In this document: positions 63,338 to 64,000 of the stretch, in pieces
Layout of the letters: each line of letters starts with the position of its first letter
Numbering within the stretch: the first letter of the stretch is position 1
NCBI RefSeq assembly: GCF_000281045.1
Contig: NW_008246178.1
Location: forward strand, 56,930 to 120,929
Direction of reading: 5' to 3'
Source of the DNA: Saprolegnia diclina VS20
Lineage: Eukaryota
DNA length: 64,000 nucleotides
The notes under the pieces: generated by a model
Database searches by the model: none
What the model was told of the DNA's origin: nothing
Seen by the model: only the letters and a program-made list of their open reading frames with translations
Translations under genes and position numbers: made by a program

Positions 63338-64000
63338 TTATTCTCGTCCAAGCACGGCTTCGAGGCTCGCTAGCACCTCTTTTTCCGTGAAATACTCGGT
63401 CGTTTGGTCCGTTTTGCCCGATATCCGAGCCACGTCCGGCAAGAGTAGCAGTGGCAGCGCATCGCGGCGCGCGTCGTTGCTGCGTGGCGCCAATGGCTGA
63501 GCCGGCAGCGACCGGATCGGCGGAGCGCCTGGCCACGGGGTAATGATGCCGCCGCACTGCTCAGTCGCCTCGTACAACTAGTGCGTGGCTATCAGATCTC
63601 GTCTTTCTCGAATGGCTGCTGTACCTGGTTCATCAAGTGCCAGAAGCGCTTCCACACCATTTGCACAGTGTGCTCGCCGGGACTGCCGCGCATCACTTGG
63701 AAGCCGGCGTAGCCTTCGACAAGGCACTTGAGGCAGCCGCAGCCCGCGCCTTGGCAACTGCGCAATGCGTGGGTCTTCGGGCAGTCGCGCGCCAGCGCCT
63801 CCAGCGTTCCCACAAAGAACGGGCGCAGCGACGGCCAGACCTAGAGCCATTGAAAACATAAGATCTTTCGACACAGCACTACCATGTTGAGGTCGGCGAG
63901 CGAGTTGACGGTCGCGCCGAGGTCGTCGTCGGCCATCCACGCTTTTTCGTCCAAGCCGTTTTCTTTGGCGACGCTCAGGAACGTCTCGGCGTCGATCGAG
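63338..64000 (-). CDS. 3' part of hypothetical protein (truncated by window edge)
   Basis: Spliceable exons ...IDAETFLSVAKENG...|VWPSLRPFFVGTLEAL...WKRFWHLMNQ|LYEATEQ...AVLGRE*. Confidence 0.6.

Noticed and set aside
3136..63940. Numerous long antisense and alternate-frame ORFs overlapping the called genes
   Set aside because: Expected shadows of high-GC3 coding sequence; Arg/Ser-rich translations without motifs.

Overview
Gene-dense eukaryotic scaffold, GC-rich in coding regions, with many short (~40-55 nt) GT-AG introns and CCAAT-rich promoters. Gene content and intron style suggest an oomycete (Saprolegniales-like; inference). There are three N-gaps. Gene models were spliced by hand, so boundaries are approximate. 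Housekeeping genes: Exo70, CWF19L1, a kinesin, MTO1/GidA, an SK-type K+ channel, a patatin lipase, INTS2, EAF, NDUFB11/ESSS, MCAT/FabD and XRCC3. Three local paralog pairs: EF-hand anoctamins, beta-hydroxyacid dehydrogenases and 5'-nucleotidases. The most unusual elements are (1) one spliced gene encoding ankyrin repeats + GAF + a Fic domain with an intact catalytic motif, a possible ligand-regulated AMPylase; (2) a copia-Gag-like domain fused to a FET-type RRM and two RanBP2 zinc fingers; (3) an intronless ASCH + 2OG-Fe(II) dioxygenase fusion between two dehydrogenase paralogs; (4) a histone H3 variant with T6D and a rewritten K23-K27-S28 region; (5) a signal-peptide TPR-GT41 protein with degenerate catalytic motifs. 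No rRNA, tRNA or CRISPR features were recognised.
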